Shown here piece by piece: positions 1-9,725 of a stretch of 64,000 bases of DNA. Source of the stretch: Bacteroidia bacterium. GTDB taxonomy: Bacteria > Bacteroidota > Bacteroidia > UBA7662. Position 1 is the stretch's first letter, and each line of letters begins with the position of its first letter. Under the pieces are notes generated by a model. It saw only the letters and a program-made list of their open reading frames with translations. It made no database searches and had not been told where the DNA came from. A program made the translations under genes and the position numbers. The stretch is from NCBI GenBank assembly GCA_049317645.1, contig JBMOHV010000001.1, forward strand, positions 975 to 64,974, written 5' to 3'.

Positions 1-8
1 AAGCTGGT

Positions 9-614
9 TTGCTCAACCTAACCCTGATTCCCCTGGCCGCCGTGATGCTCTTGTTCCGCTATTCGGAGCATTTCAAAGGCCGAAGTTGGTCCGGACCCCT
101 GGTCATTGTTTTGTTATGCCTGCTATGGGTGGCCCTGCCCTGGCTCTACGAATTCAAGGCCATGGGCATTCTCTACCGATACTATCCTTCCGATGCCCAA
201 TACCTGAACCAAACCTGGCTGGTTTACCTGGGGCTGGTGGCATTGGTCACCCTAAGTCGTGAACTCATCAAAGCCTGCCAAGACAGGGCCGGAGACCTCG
301 CAGCCGGACTTCAAACCGTTGCGGTGGTGATGGGCTTCAAGGGCTGCCGGAACATGGCCTTCGGAGCTTGGGTACCGGTTCCTGTTTTGAATCTCTTCGT
401 GGTGCGTCACCAAGTCTTGACCGGCGCCATCGTGGAGTCCCTCTATTCGAGCATCGCACTCCTCTTGGCGTTGGTGATCACCTACCGCCTTTTCCGTTTA
501 CAATCCTCCAGCGAAGCTGCGCGGGTTTCGTTGCTCCTCAAAGCCTATTTGGCCCTGGGTATCGGATCGCTTTGGGTCTATTATATGTTATTTCTTTATA
601 TGGCCCCGTCATGA
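9..614 (+). CDS. Hypothetical polytopic membrane protein. The reading frame is open to the window edge, so it may be 5'-truncated; the listed start is TTG.
   Basis: Hydrophobic 201-aa ORF with several predicted TM helices and no recognisable motif. Its TGA stop overlaps the maf ATG (ATGA at 611-614), implying co-transcription. Confidence 0.4.
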   Translation: MLNLTLIPLAAVMLLFRYSEHFKGRSWSGPLVIVLLCLLWVALPWLYEFKAMGILYRYYPSDAQYLNQTWLVYLGLVALVTLSRELIKACQDRAGDLAAGLQTVAVVMGFKGCRNMAFGAWVPVPVLNLFVVRHQVLTGAIVESLYSSIALLLALVITYRLFRLQSSSEAARVSLLLKAYLALGIGSLWVYYMLFLYMAPS

Positions 615-1285
615 TGCCCACCGCCCCCCTCGAATTGCGCTACAACTTGGTATTGGGATCGGGTTCCCCCCGTCGCCAGGAATTACTGCAGCGCGTCGGC
701 CTGCCCTATGACCTGCGGGTGGTACCGGTGGATGAAACAGTGGATCCCTCCTGGAAAACAGACCAAGTCGCCGAACATCTTGCCCTCCAAAAAGCCAGGG
801 CCATCCCCATCGCTGATGATGAATTGCTGCTGACGGCCGATACCCTGGTTATATGCCAAGGCCAAATCCTGGGCAAGCCCAAAGACCCAGCGGAGGCCGT
901 CGCCATGCTACGCCTTTTGTCAGGGAACGAACACGATGTCATGACCGGGGTATGCCTGAGGACCACCCAAAAAGAAATCATCCTGGGAGCCCGTACCCGC
1001 CTCGAATGGTACCACCTCGATCCCAAGGAAATCGATTGGTACGTCCAGGAATACCAACCATTGGACAAGGCCGGTGCCTACGGTATCCAGGATTGGATGG
1101 GCCTGCGCGCTGTCAAATCCATCCAGGGTTGCCCCCTCAATGTCATGGGCCTTCCCCTGCCTCTGGTCTACGAACGATTGTTTTCGGAGTTTTCTGTAAA
1201 AAGAGGAAGCCTCAATTCCATGCAGGTTCCCGATGCATCGGAATCGACCAATGCCAAGTTGCCTCCGTGCAATTCAGCAATCTGA
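611..1285 (+). CDS. maf: Maf-family nucleoside triphosphate pyrophosphatase (septum formation protein Maf)
   Basis: Internal ATG at 611 of ORF 368..1285 begins MMPTAPLELRYNLVLGSGSPRRQELL..., with GAYGIQD typical of Maf/YhdE. The upstream 80 codons of the listed ORF have no homology and overlap the previous gene. Confidence 0.8.
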   Translation: MMPTAPLELRYNLVLGSGSPRRQELLQRVGLPYDLRVVPVDETVDPSWKTDQVAEHLALQKARAIPIADDELLLTADTLVICQGQILGKPKDPAEAVAMLRLLSGNEHDVMTGVCLRTTQKEIILGARTRLEWYHLDPKEIDWYVQEYQPLDKAGAYGIQDWMGLRAVKSIQGCPLNVMGLPLPLVYERLFSEFSVKRGSLNSMQVPDASESTNAKLPPCNSAI

Positions 1286-4200
1286 CGTGCCATGGACAAA
1301 CCCAGCCCCATCCCCTGCGATCGGGTGCTAAAGCTGACCTCAAATATTCGCTCCTGAAGGGCCGGATCGATTCCGTTCCCGTAATCCCGTATCCTCGTAA
1401 CGACCTGCTCATGAACCAAGGTCATCCCCAAATCCAAACGGACCTTCCCGTCTTCGCCAGGTGTTGCTCCATCGCTCACGGCCTGGCAGGCGTTTTGTAA
1501 CAAATTCTGAAGCACACGTTGCAATCGGCTTTTGTTGCCCCAAACCTCCCCCTTCCCTTCTGGAATTCGATCGGTCCAATGAACCTGAATTTGTTCGCCG
1601 TACCATGCCACCACCTCATCGACCGCCTCCGGCCAAGAAAACCTTTCCTTGTCCGCCTCCTTTTCTTTGGCGAATTCACGGTAGGTATCCGCTATTTCAG
1701 TCAGAAAATCAATTTGTTGCAGAATGAGTTTCGCGTCGTTTTCAAACTTTTGGGTGAAGACCTCCGGGTTCTGGGCCTTGTCCCGTAACATCTTTTGAAT
1801 ACGCAACTTCATCGGCGTGAGCGGATTCTTGATATCGTGGGCAATCTGCCGCGCCATTTCTTTCCAGGCGGTATTGCGTTCAGCGGAGGCCAATTTGGCT
1901 TCGTTTTCGGCCAAGGACTGCACCATTTGGTTGTAGGATTTGAGCAATAGCCCCAATTCCCCCCGGCCCTGGTCTTCGTTAATGGTGTTCTTTCGGCCGG
2001 ATTTGGTTTGTAGCATGGCTTTGGTAAGGGTCTGAAGGGGGGCGGCAACGCCTTTGGCCAAACGAAAGGCCAGGTACACCGCCAACAAGGTCACCAAAAT
2101 AAAAAACGAAAAAACACCGGCCAGGTATTCACTCAAGCCCCCCTTGTCCGTTTGGTTCAAAAAAGGCAAACCCAAAACAGCCAATACTTTTCCATCCGAA
2201 CCCCGCAATGCCTGATAGGCCCCTCGAAAATCCAAACGATCCAAACGCTCGTTGACCGAACGGTATTGGTTTTCTCCTTGGCTCAAGGAATGCCAAACAT
2301 CATAGGGCATCCAATCCGAAAGCAATTTTTGGTCAAACCAAAGACTGCGCGAGCCTCCTTTGAATCGCCCTCTTTCATCGTAAATATAAAAATCCAAATC
2401 ATTGACCGACGCCCAATCTCTCAAGGCGCGAACCGAGCCTTCGGACAAGGCAGGATCTTGAACGGAGAGATTCTGGGCAACCCGATAAAACTGATTCATT
2501 TGGGACCACATGGCCGTTTCGGCCTCTCGCTCAAAGCGGCGCGTGATGAACCAAGTGGTGAAGGCTACCAGCAAAGCAATCACCCCAAATACCAAGGCGG
2601 TGGAGGCCCATTGAACTTTGGTTTGAAACCGTAGTTCAGCCCACCCGTTCCATGGGTTCCCCAGGCCCCATCGACGAATCCCTCCCATGGCCCGAAATCG
2701 TTCGGCCCAACCCAAAAACAGCCAAACCAAGGCTCCAAACGAAATCGGTAAAACCAACGAAGGCCAAGCCAAAGCCTGCACCGCCCATTGACCGGATGGA
2801 TTCCGGTAAACCAGCAAAGGACTCCCCCCATTCCATAAGACCAAACGCTCTTGGGATGCCTCCAACGAACCCTCCCAATGCTTGGGCACCCGGTAAGGAT
2901 ACGGAGCCAAGCCTTCCTGAAAAACCAAAAACCCATCTTGGTACAAGGCCAAACCCAGGGCCGACGAGCCACCAACATTCAAGCCGGAACTTGGACCCAA
3001 AATCGCCGGTATCGGAGAAAGACTTGGAAAGAATTTTTGATTTAACCCCACCGACAACGTATCCGGTACAACGCCCGCTGGTCCCAAAGCCACCCGAACC
3101 CGGTAGGCCGTCCGATTGGCCTCGGGTTTTTCTTGGACCGAGCCTTTCCATTGGGTGCCCCCATCGGGGGATGGTAGGAGGCTATCCTCCGCCGGATGAA
3201 ATTCAAAGGATTGAAAATCAAAAAAGGGTCGCAAGTTCCGCGAATGACGATCCAACAAGGCCTGCAAGGCCGCCCGGTCCGGGGGCGATCCCCCCACCGG
3301 GGATTGAAACAACGAATCGGACCGCAGCGCGTCAATCCAAGGCATAAAATAGGTATAGGCCTCAATGGGCCGGGCTTGAACGAGGGCCTCGACCCGACTT
3401 CTGGCCTGGTCCAAACCCACCCTGGCATGTTGAGCATAACACAAAACCGATAACAGCCCTCCAACCATCCCGTACAAGCCGATGCGCGTCCAGGTGGTCG
3501 CCAAAGGGCGATCCAAGGCCCAGCCAAGGACGGTCCAGGCCAGCCCCCCCAGACCCAAAACCAGCGACCATTCGTCCAATCCCTGCCAAATCCACCAGCC
3601 TGTTACGAGGCCCAGGGCCCCGGGTACCAGCCAACGACGGTACGGGGCCATGGAATCGCGTCCTGGACGTTGAGCAGAACGTGGAGACAAGAGTGCCGTC
3701 GCCAATCCCAAGACCAAAAGCAGCCAAGCGGTATCATCCCAAGACCAACCCAAGGGATCGGCCCAACCTATTTTGCGATGACCTGTATCCAGCGAACAGG
3801 CCAGCAAAACATAGGACCCCCAAACCCGGACAGGGCCGCTCCAAAAAGCTGAATAACGAGCGGTCATCGGAAAAACCCAGAGACCTACCAAGGCCAAAAC
3901 CGCTTGGCTCCACACCCAACCCTTCAGGGGCTCGTGCAGCAAAAAAAATTCCGACTCCCCCCATCGTCCTTTGTAAAGCCAGAGTAGGCCGGTGATCAAA
4001 CCAACGCCCCACGAAAACAAGGAAATCGTCGCCGACCAAGGGCCAGCCGAGGGACGATGCCGAATCCATAACATAGCCCACAAAAGGAGCCACAAAAACA
4101 TGCCAGCGTTGAACCAGGTTTGAATTCGGGGATCATCGACCGTTGCAGCGGCCTTGCCAGCCATCTTGAACCAAACCCTGCCCTGCCATCGAACCGGATG

Positions 4201-4710
4201 CCCGCTGCGTTCCTCTTGAGGCCTCCAAACCAAAAGATGTTCACCCCCCACCCCGGGCCATTGCAAACCATCCAAGAGGGAGATGGACGCCAGGGGGTAC
4301 CGGTACGTCAGTCGGTAAAACAGAACCTGGACTCCGGCATCCACCTGCTTGACCCAGGCCAAGCCCTGCCCGTTTTGGACCTCCACAAAATGCAGACCCC
4401 TCAACGAAGCCAACATTTTATCGTCCGAGGACATTAAACCCCGACCCGACCAAAAGAGACGCTGACCTTTGGCATCCAACAAGATGTTTTCAAACCCTGC
4501 AGGCGTAGCCGCGTCCCAGGGTTGGATGGACTGCGCCAGCTTGTTCAGTTCCGGAAGTCGCTGTTCAAAGTAGGCATCCGCTTCCGCTGCCAGGTCATCG
4601 CTGCTTCGCTGGAGTCGCGGATAACACCAAATCAACCAAGCGGCGACCGGCAACAAACCCAAAAGAACCCACCCTTGAAACCGGTCCCCGGCCACCGTCC
4701 ATCGCTTCAT
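1168..4710 (-). CDS. Large multi-pass membrane sensor histidine kinase (N-terminal periplasmic/TM sensor, HAMP-like linker, HisKA and HATPase_c)
   Basis: 1180 aa. H-box IAHDIKNPLTPM, N-box LLQNACQA, G-boxes DYGNGID and GMGLGLS at the C-terminus. At least 8 hydrophobic helices in the N-terminal 900 aa. ATG at 4710 lies 6 nt after the hldD stop. Confidence 0.8.
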   Translation of the reverse strand: MKRWTVAGDRFQGWVLLGLLPVAAWLIWCYPRLQRSSDDLAAEADAYFEQRLPELNKLAQSIQPWDAATPAGFENILLDAKGQRLFWSGRGLMSSDDKMLASLRGLHFVEVQNGQGLAWVKQVDAGVQVLFYRLTYRYPLASISLLDGLQWPGVGGEHLLVWRPQEERSGHPVRWQGRVWFKMAGKAAATVDDPRIQTWFNAGMFLWLLLWAMLWIRHRPSAGPWSATISLFSWGVGLITGLLWLYKGRWGESEFFLLHEPLKGWVWSQAVLALVGLWVFPMTARYSAFWSGPVRVWGSYVLLACSLDTGHRKIGWADPLGWSWDDTAWLLLVLGLATALLSPRSAQRPGRDSMAPYRRWLVPGALGLVTGWWIWQGLDEWSLVLGLGGLAWTVLGWALDRPLATTWTRIGLYGMVGGLLSVLCYAQHARVGLDQARSRVEALVQARPIEAYTYFMPWIDALRSDSLFQSPVGGSPPDRAALQALLDRHSRNLRPFFDFQSFEFHPAEDSLLPSPDGGTQWKGSVQEKPEANRTAYRVRVALGPAGVVPDTLSVGLNQKFFPSLSPIPAILGPSSGLNVGGSSALGLALYQDGFLVFQEGLAPYPYRVPKHWEGSLEASQERLVLWNGGSPLLVYRNPSGQWAVQALAWPSLVLPISFGALVWLFLGWAERFRAMGGIRRWGLGNPWNGWAELRFQTKVQWASTALVFGVIALLVAFTTWFITRRFEREAETAMWSQMNQFYRVAQNLSVQDPALSEGSVRALRDWASVNDLDFYIYDERGRFKGGSRSLWFDQKLLSDWMPYDVWHSLSQGENQYRSVNERLDRLDFRGAYQALRGSDGKVLAVLGLPFLNQTDKGGLSEYLAGVFSFFILVTLLAVYLAFRLAKGVAAPLQTLTKAMLQTKSGRKNTINEDQGRGELGLLLKSYNQMVQSLAENEAKLASAERNTAWKEMARQIAHDIKNPLTPMKLRIQKMLRDKAQNPEVFTQKFENDAKLILQQIDFLTEIADTYREFAKEKEADKERFSWPEAVDEVVAWYGEQIQVHWTDRIPEGKGEVWGNKSRLQRVLQNLLQNACQAVSDGATPGEDGKVRLDLGMTLVHEQVVTRIRDYGNGIDPALQERIFEVSFSTRSQGMGLGLSMARQIAELHGGNLALVDSDASGTCMELRLPLFTENSENNRS

Positions 4711-4716
4711 CTTCCA

Positions 4717-5676
4717 TTAGGGTTGAGGGCCCCATTCGCGGCGGACATAGGATGCCACCCCCTCCTCGAGGGAGGTGAATGCGTGGTCGCAGCCCAAACG
4801 CTCCATCCATTGCATGTCGGCGCAGGTATAATATTGATAGCTATCCCGAATGGACAGCGGGGTATCCACAAATTCAATCCGGGGCTCCAGCTGCAAACTG
4901 GCAAAAAGGGCGAGAACCAGGTCCTTGAACGTACGAGCCTGGCCGTTGCCCAGGTTGTAAAGCCCCCCCGGGTGCTCATGGGTCATGAACCAAAGGCAAA
5001 CAGCCGCCACATCATCAACCCAAACGAAATCTCGGCTTTGATGCCCGTCCTCAATATCCGGGCGATGCGAACGAAACAATTGGACCTTACCGGTTTCCTG
5101 AATTTGACGGTAGGCGTGCCATACCACGGATGCCATCCGGCCTTTGGGGCCTTCGCCCGGTCCGTAAACATTAAAAAATTTGAGCCCGGCCCAGCGCAAG
5201 GGCGTTCGATGCTGCTCCCGCACCCACAGGTCAAACCGATGCTTGGACCAGGCGTAGGGGTTCAAAGGGCGATAGCGTTCCAACCCATCCATTCCATCCT
5301 TGAACCCGTGCTCGCCGCCGCCGTACGTAGCGGCCGAAGAAGCATAAACCAACGGCAAGCCAAACTCAGCACATATTCTCCAAACTTCTTTGGAATAATT
5401 CAAATTCAAGCGATCAAAGACTTCCTCATCCCCCAGCATGGTGTCGGTTCTTGCACCCAAGTGAAAAACCTGCTGAACGTAGGCCTGGTTTTGGTGCAGC
5501 CAGTCAGGAAAAACATCCCGATGGACGGTTTGGCCAAGCAGTCCGGATTCCAGACGCTGGGCCTTGGCCCGGTCCTTCCAATCGTCCACCAAGACCAAAT
5601 CCCGGTATCCCAGCCCGTTGAGGCGAGCGGCCAGGTGCGCTCCAATAAATCCTCCAGCTCCTGTTACGATTATCAT
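4717..5676 (-). CDS. hldD: ADP-L-glycero-D-manno-heptose 6-epimerase (NAD-dependent epimerase family)
   Basis: MIIVTGAGGFIGAHLAARL Rossmann N-terminus and overall colinearity with HldD/RfaD. 319 aa. Confidence 0.7.
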   Translation of the reverse strand: MIIVTGAGGFIGAHLAARLNGLGYRDLVLVDDWKDRAKAQRLESGLLGQTVHRDVFPDWLHQNQAYVQQVFHLGARTDTMLGDEEVFDRLNLNYSKEVWRICAEFGLPLVYASSAATYGGGEHGFKDGMDGLERYRPLNPYAWSKHRFDLWVREQHRTPLRWAGLKFFNVYGPGEGPKGRMASVVWHAYRQIQETGKVQLFRSHRPDIEDGHQSRDFVWVDDVAAVCLWFMTHEHPGGLYNLGNGQARTFKDLVLALFASLQLEPRIEFVDTPLSIRDSYQYYTCADMQWMERLGCDHAFTSLEEGVASYVRREWGPQP

Positions 5677-5711
5677 TGCCCAAAATTAAGCCTTTGTATC
5701 TTTGGCCGCCT

Positions 5712-6152
5712 ATGATTCTTGTTACCCGCAAAGCTCATTTCAACGCCGCTCACAAATTGTGGAATCCCCAATGGGACCAAGCACGCAACGAAGAGGTCTT
5801 TGGCAAATGCGCCAACAAGCATTGGCACGGGCATAATTTTGAACTTTGGGTCACCGTGGCCGGTGAAGTGGATCCGGATACCGGCTTTGTCGTCGACCTC
5901 AAATGGCTCAAAAAAATCATCGAAGATCGGGTTATTGAACCTCTGGACCATTCGAATATCAACCTGGACGTGCCTTTCATGCAGGGTCGCATGGCCTCGA
6001 CGGAGAACCTGGCCATGGCTATTTGGGACCAATTGTGGGAAACCCTGCAGCACCCCCGCTACCGCCTTTACAGCCTCCAACTCTTTGAAACCCCCAACAA
6101 TTCCGTGACCTATTACGGTCCCGGTTTTGGAGGCCTTCCCCCCGCACCTTAA
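5712..6152 (+). CDS. queD: 6-carboxy-5,6,7,8-tetrahydropterin synthase (6-pyruvoyl-tetrahydropterin synthase family)
   Basis: MILVTRKAHFNAAHKLWNP...HGHNFELWVTV matches the QueD/PTPS zinc-binding motifs. The ATG at 5712 is preferred over the TTG at 5676, which would overlap the divergent hldD start. Confidence 0.8.
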   Translation: MILVTRKAHFNAAHKLWNPQWDQARNEEVFGKCANKHWHGHNFELWVTVAGEVDPDTGFVVDLKWLKKIIEDRVIEPLDHSNINLDVPFMQGRMASTENLAMAIWDQLWETLQHPRYRLYSLQLFETPNNSVTYYGPGFGGLPPAP

Positions 6153-6166
6153 ACCAACCCAAGCCT

Positions 6167-7051
6167 ATGCGCGCCTATCTCTTTCCTGGACAAGGATCCC
6201 AATACCCCGGCATGGGCCGCGATTTGCTGGCCCTGGATCCCTTGGCCGAAACCCGTTTGGATCAGGCCTCCGAAATCCTGGGCTATTCCATCAAAAGCCT
6301 CCTTTGCGATGGCAGCGAAGAAGATCTCAAAGCCACCAAGGTGACCCAGCCGGCCGTTTTCTTGTACTCCGTGATTTGGGCCGAAATCCTGGGGGAACGC
6401 TTTGAGCCATCGATGGTCGCCGGGCATTCCTTGGGAGAATTTTCGGCCTTGACCGCTGCCGGGGCCCTGGACTTTGGGGACGGATTGCGCCTCGTGGCCC
6501 TGCGGGCCGCGGCCATGCAAAAAGCCTGCGAAGAACAACCTTCGACCATGGCGGCGGTTTTGGGACTGGACGACGAGCGGGTGGTCGAAATTTGTGCCAG
6601 CGTCCATTCCGAAAGGGTGGTGGCCGCTAATTTTAATTGCCCCGGTCAGGTGGTTATCTCCGGAGGACCCGTTGGCGTCCACGAAGCCGGTCAAAAAGCC
6701 ATCGAAGCCGGAGCCCTCAAAGTCGTCCCCTTGCAGGTCGGCGGAGCCTTCCATTCGCCCTATATGGCAAGCGCCGCCCAAGCCTTGGAAACCGCCTTGG
6801 CGGCCACCACACTGCGCGCACCACGCTGCCCCGTTTACCAAAACATAGCCCCCAACGAAGGCCGAATCGATCCCGAGAAAATACGGGAAGGCCTCAACCT
6901 TCAGTTAACCGGTGCCGTGCAATGGACGCAGGGCGTGCGGGCGATGATTCGTGACGGGGCCACCGAATTCAGCGAACTGGGACCCGGCAAAGTTTTGCAA
7001 GGCCTTATGCGCAAGATTGATCGGCAGGCCGCTGTGGTAGCGGTTCTTTGA
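6167..7051 (+). CDS. fabD: Malonyl CoA-acyl carrier protein transacylase
   Basis: LFPGQGSQYPGMG and GHSLGEF active-site motifs. 294 aa. Confidence 0.9.
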   Translation: MRAYLFPGQGSQYPGMGRDLLALDPLAETRLDQASEILGYSIKSLLCDGSEEDLKATKVTQPAVFLYSVIWAEILGERFEPSMVAGHSLGEFSALTAAGALDFGDGLRLVALRAAAMQKACEEQPSTMAAVLGLDDERVVEICASVHSERVVAANFNCPGQVVISGGPVGVHEAGQKAIEAGALKVVPLQVGGAFHSPYMASAAQALETALAATTLRAPRCPVYQNIAPNEGRIDPEKIREGLNLQLTGAVQWTQGVRAMIRDGATEFSELGPGKVLQGLMRKIDRQAAVVAVL

Positions 7052-7829
7052 TAACCCGCAGCATGCGGGGTTTGCCTTGCATATCCCTGCGGATTTGGGC
7101 CTGACAACCTGGCCATAACAACAAACATTCCTCGGCATAACGCGGGTTGAGCTCCAGCCAAAAAGAACGGGCCACCGGATCTTTCAAAAAATGTTCTGCC
7201 AATGCGCGGTACACATCCAGCGGGTCCGGACACTGGGCAAATAGAGCCGTAGAAGGCTCGTAGTCAAGGACATGTTTCTCCATTTGGGCGGCTTCATCCA
7301 GACCGATGTAGGGTGGATTGCTGATCCATAAAGCCGCCGAGGGCGGCACCCAGGCCTTGTCCATAAAGTCAGCCTGCAGGCCAACAAAACTCGACTCCAA
7401 GCCCCAGGCTACGGCATTCTTTCGGGCGGTTTTCAACGCCTCCGCCGAAACATCCACCCCGTAAACCGGACGGCAGCCTCCCTTCCAAGCCAGAGCCAGG
7501 GCCAGGCAACCGCTCCCCGTTCCCAAGTCCAAAAAAGCCTCCGTGTGGTTCTCCTTCTCTTCGAGTACCCAGGCCACCAATTCTTCGGATTCAGGCCTTG
7601 GAATGAGAACCGAGCCGTCGACCTCCAGGGTTCTTCCCATAAACCAGGCCTTGCGCAGCACATATTGAACCGGCTCCCCGGATACAAGGCGGTTCCACTG
7701 GACTTCGTCCGGATCATGCGAAGATTCTTCCATCCAAAAGCGACGCATCGCGGCCAATTCCCCGGAAGGGTAACGATCGCCTAAACGGCGCTTCCATTCC
7801 TCCATTGTCGCCGTTCCGCTTGGATTCAT
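7005..7829 (-). CDS. prmC: Release factor glutamine N5-methyltransferase (HemK/PrmC)
   Basis: LDLGTGSGCLALALA SAM-binding motif and NPPY motif (ISNPPYIGLDE). Convergent with fabD, overlapping its 3' end. Confidence 0.8.
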   Translation of the reverse strand: MNPSGTATMEEWKRRLGDRYPSGELAAMRRFWMEESSHDPDEVQWNRLVSGEPVQYVLRKAWFMGRTLEVDGSVLIPRPESEELVAWVLEEKENHTEAFLDLGTGSGCLALALAWKGGCRPVYGVDVSAEALKTARKNAVAWGLESSFVGLQADFMDKAWVPPSAALWISNPPYIGLDEAAQMEKHVLDYEPSTALFAQCPDPLDVYRALAEHFLKDPVARSFWLELNPRYAEECLLLWPGCQAQIRRDMQGKPRMLRVIKEPLPQRPADQSCA

Positions 7830-7871
7830 TGTGCAGGCAAGTTAGGCAGAAGAACTAATTTTGGCGATACC

Positions 7872-9008
7872 ATGATGCTCCCCCCTCTGCCATCGGACTG
7901 GCCATTTATTCGTCGCTGTTTGGAATTGGCCGTAGCCCCCGGATCGGGGGTCTCTCCCAACCCCTTGGTAGCTGCCTTGATTACGTTGGACCACCGGGTC
8001 GTTGCGGAGGGTTTTCACCAGTCCTGCGGCTTGGCCCATGCCGAAATTAATGCGCTTAAGGCCTGGAAGTCCTACCTCCAAGATCACCCACTCGGTGAAG
8101 GAGCTGCTGCGGCCGCCACGCTCTTTATCAGCCTGGAACCCTGCAATCATCAAGGCCGAACCCCGCCCTGCACGGAGGCCATCCTTGCATCTGGAATTGG
8201 AACGGTGGTCTTCGCCTGCACCGATCCCCATCCCTTGGTCCAGGGCCGAGGTTTGGAACGACTTCGAACCGCCGGCCTGCAGGTCCGCGGTCCCGTTCTG
8301 GAAAAAGAAGCCCGCTGGATGAACCGACGCTTCGAAACCATGGTGCACCAAAATCGACCCTATACCGTACTCAAATGGGCTCGAACCGCGGACGGGTACC
8401 TTGACCAAGGAGAAAACGGGCCCGGGCCTCGCATCAGCGGACCCCAGGCCCAGCGTTGGGTCCATCGCCTCCGCAGGGAACAAGCCGCCTTGTTGGTGGG
8501 CGCCCGCACCCTCCTCCTTGACAACCCCCTTCTGGATGCCCGTTTGGCGGGTCCGCCCCATCCGCGCATCGCCGTTGCCGGGGATTCCCGACCCTGGCCA
8601 TTGAACCTTCAGGTATTTCAACGAAATCCCCAACCCCTCCGTTTGCCCTGGCCAACGGACGACTCGTCTGATTCGGGACCAACAAGAAGCCACCTGGGAC
8701 TCAAATCCTGGCATAAGACCCTTCTGGAGGAGGGACTGAATTCCGTGTTGGTCGAGGGTGGCGCCAAAACCCTGGAGCTTTTCCTTCAAGAAGGCTGTTG
8801 GGACGAAATTCATGTCATCGAAAACCCCCACATGCACACCGGAAAGGGGACGCCCGCTCCCGCTGAGCCCCAGACCCCCCTCTTCAGTGGAAACCTAGGC
8901 ACGGACCTTTACCGGGTCTATCTGCACCCCGCTTGGGTCCCTGGAAAAAATGCCCCCGACCTGGATTATCTTCGCGACCACTTTAGCCCTCAACTCTCCC
9001 CATCATGA
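7872..9008 (+). CDS. ribD: Bifunctional riboflavin biosynthesis protein RibD (pyrimidine deaminase/reductase)
   Basis: HAEINAL and PCNHQGRTPPC deaminase zinc motifs, followed by a RibD reductase-like C-terminal domain. 378 aa. Confidence 0.9.
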   Translation: MMLPPLPSDWPFIRRCLELAVAPGSGVSPNPLVAALITLDHRVVAEGFHQSCGLAHAEINALKAWKSYLQDHPLGEGAAAAATLFISLEPCNHQGRTPPCTEAILASGIGTVVFACTDPHPLVQGRGLERLRTAGLQVRGPVLEKEARWMNRRFETMVHQNRPYTVLKWARTADGYLDQGENGPGPRISGPQAQRWVHRLRREQAALLVGARTLLLDNPLLDARLAGPPHPRIAVAGDSRPWPLNLQVFQRNPQPLRLPWPTDDSSDSGPTRSHLGLKSWHKTLLEEGLNSVLVEGGAKTLELFLQEGCWDEIHVIENPHMHTGKGTPAPAEPQTPLFSGNLGTDLYRVYLHPAWVPGKNAPDLDYLRDHFSPQLSPS

Positions 9009-9700
9009 ATCACAAAATCCTCCATGCCGTCCTTTTGGCCACCGGGCTCTGGACTGTATCCTGCAATGCCCAAAACAACAAAATGAAAAAAGAAGACCTC
9101 AAAACCGAATTGGACAGCGTATCCTATGGTTTGGGCGTAAACATCGCCTCGAACATCAAAACCCAGGGAATTAAGGACTTGAACCTCCAGGCCATGATGA
9201 AAGGCATGGAACATATTTTGGCAGGTGACAGCCCCTGGATGGGTGATCAGGAAGCCATGATGGCCATTCAAGCCTATTTCACAAAAATCTCCGAAGCCAA
9301 GGGCGCCGAAAGCAAGAAAGAAGGCGAAGCCTACCTGGCCGAAAACGCCAAGAAAAAAGGGATCACAACCACCGCGAGCGGTCTGCAGTACGAAGTCGTC
9401 AAGATGGGCGACGGAGCCAAGCCCCTCGCGACCGACGAAGTCACCGTTCATTACCACGGAACCACCACCAAAGGGGAAGTATTTGATTCCTCCAAGGACC
9501 GCGGCGAACCCGCCACCTTCCCCCTCAACGGCGTGATCGCTGGCTGGACCGAAGGCCTGCAGCTCATGCCCAAAGGCTCCATCTTCAAGCTCTACCTGCC
9601 CAGCAATCTGGCCTACGGAGAGCGTGGTGCTGGCGAAAAAATCCCACCGCATGCTGTGCTGATTTTTGAAGTCGAATTGCTCGACATCAAGAATAAGTAA
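9005..9700 (+). CDS. FKBP-type peptidyl-prolyl cis-trans isomerase, probable lipoprotein (FkpA/Mip-like)
   Basis: Signal peptide with a Cys (LWTVSC). FKBP_N-like dimerisation region, then an FKBP domain (GQVIKGWTEGLQLM, LAYGERG, VLIFEVELLD). ATG overlaps the ribD stop (ATGA). Confidence 0.85.
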   Translation: MNHKILHAVLLATGLWTVSCNAQNNKMKKEDLKTELDSVSYGLGVNIASNIKTQGIKDLNLQAMMKGMEHILAGDSPWMGDQEAMMAIQAYFTKISEAKGAESKKEGEAYLAENAKKKGITTTASGLQYEVVKMGDGAKPLATDEVTVHYHGTTTKGEVFDSSKDRGEPATFPLNGVIAGWTEGLQLMPKGSIFKLYLPSNLAYGERGAGEKIPPHAVLIFEVELLDIKNK

Positions 9701-9725
9701 GCTGTACACCGGGACCCCTATCCCG

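Noticed and set aside
368-610. N-terminal 81-codon extension of the maf ORF; likewise the extensions of leuS (16749), NfeD (26491), accC (51648), S46 (55267), sdh (57486), pckA (23789) and ftsX (16933)
   Set aside because: The extensions lack homology and overlap upstream genes. Internal ATGs coincide with conserved N-termini and with stop/start coupling.
2652-3347. 231-aa plus-strand ORF, and many others, lying antisense inside the histidine kinase gene
   Set aside because: Pro/Arg/Gly-rich low-complexity translation on the opposite strand of a well-supported gene; a typical high-GC artefact.
5676-5711. TTG start for queD at 5676
   Set aside because: It would share a nucleotide with the divergent hldD start codon. 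The ATG at 5712 gives the canonical approximately 146-aa QueD.
4522-5715. 397-aa ORF antisense to hldD
   Set aside because: No motif and an amino-acid composition typical of reverse-frame GC-rich DNA; hldD on the other strand has clear homology.
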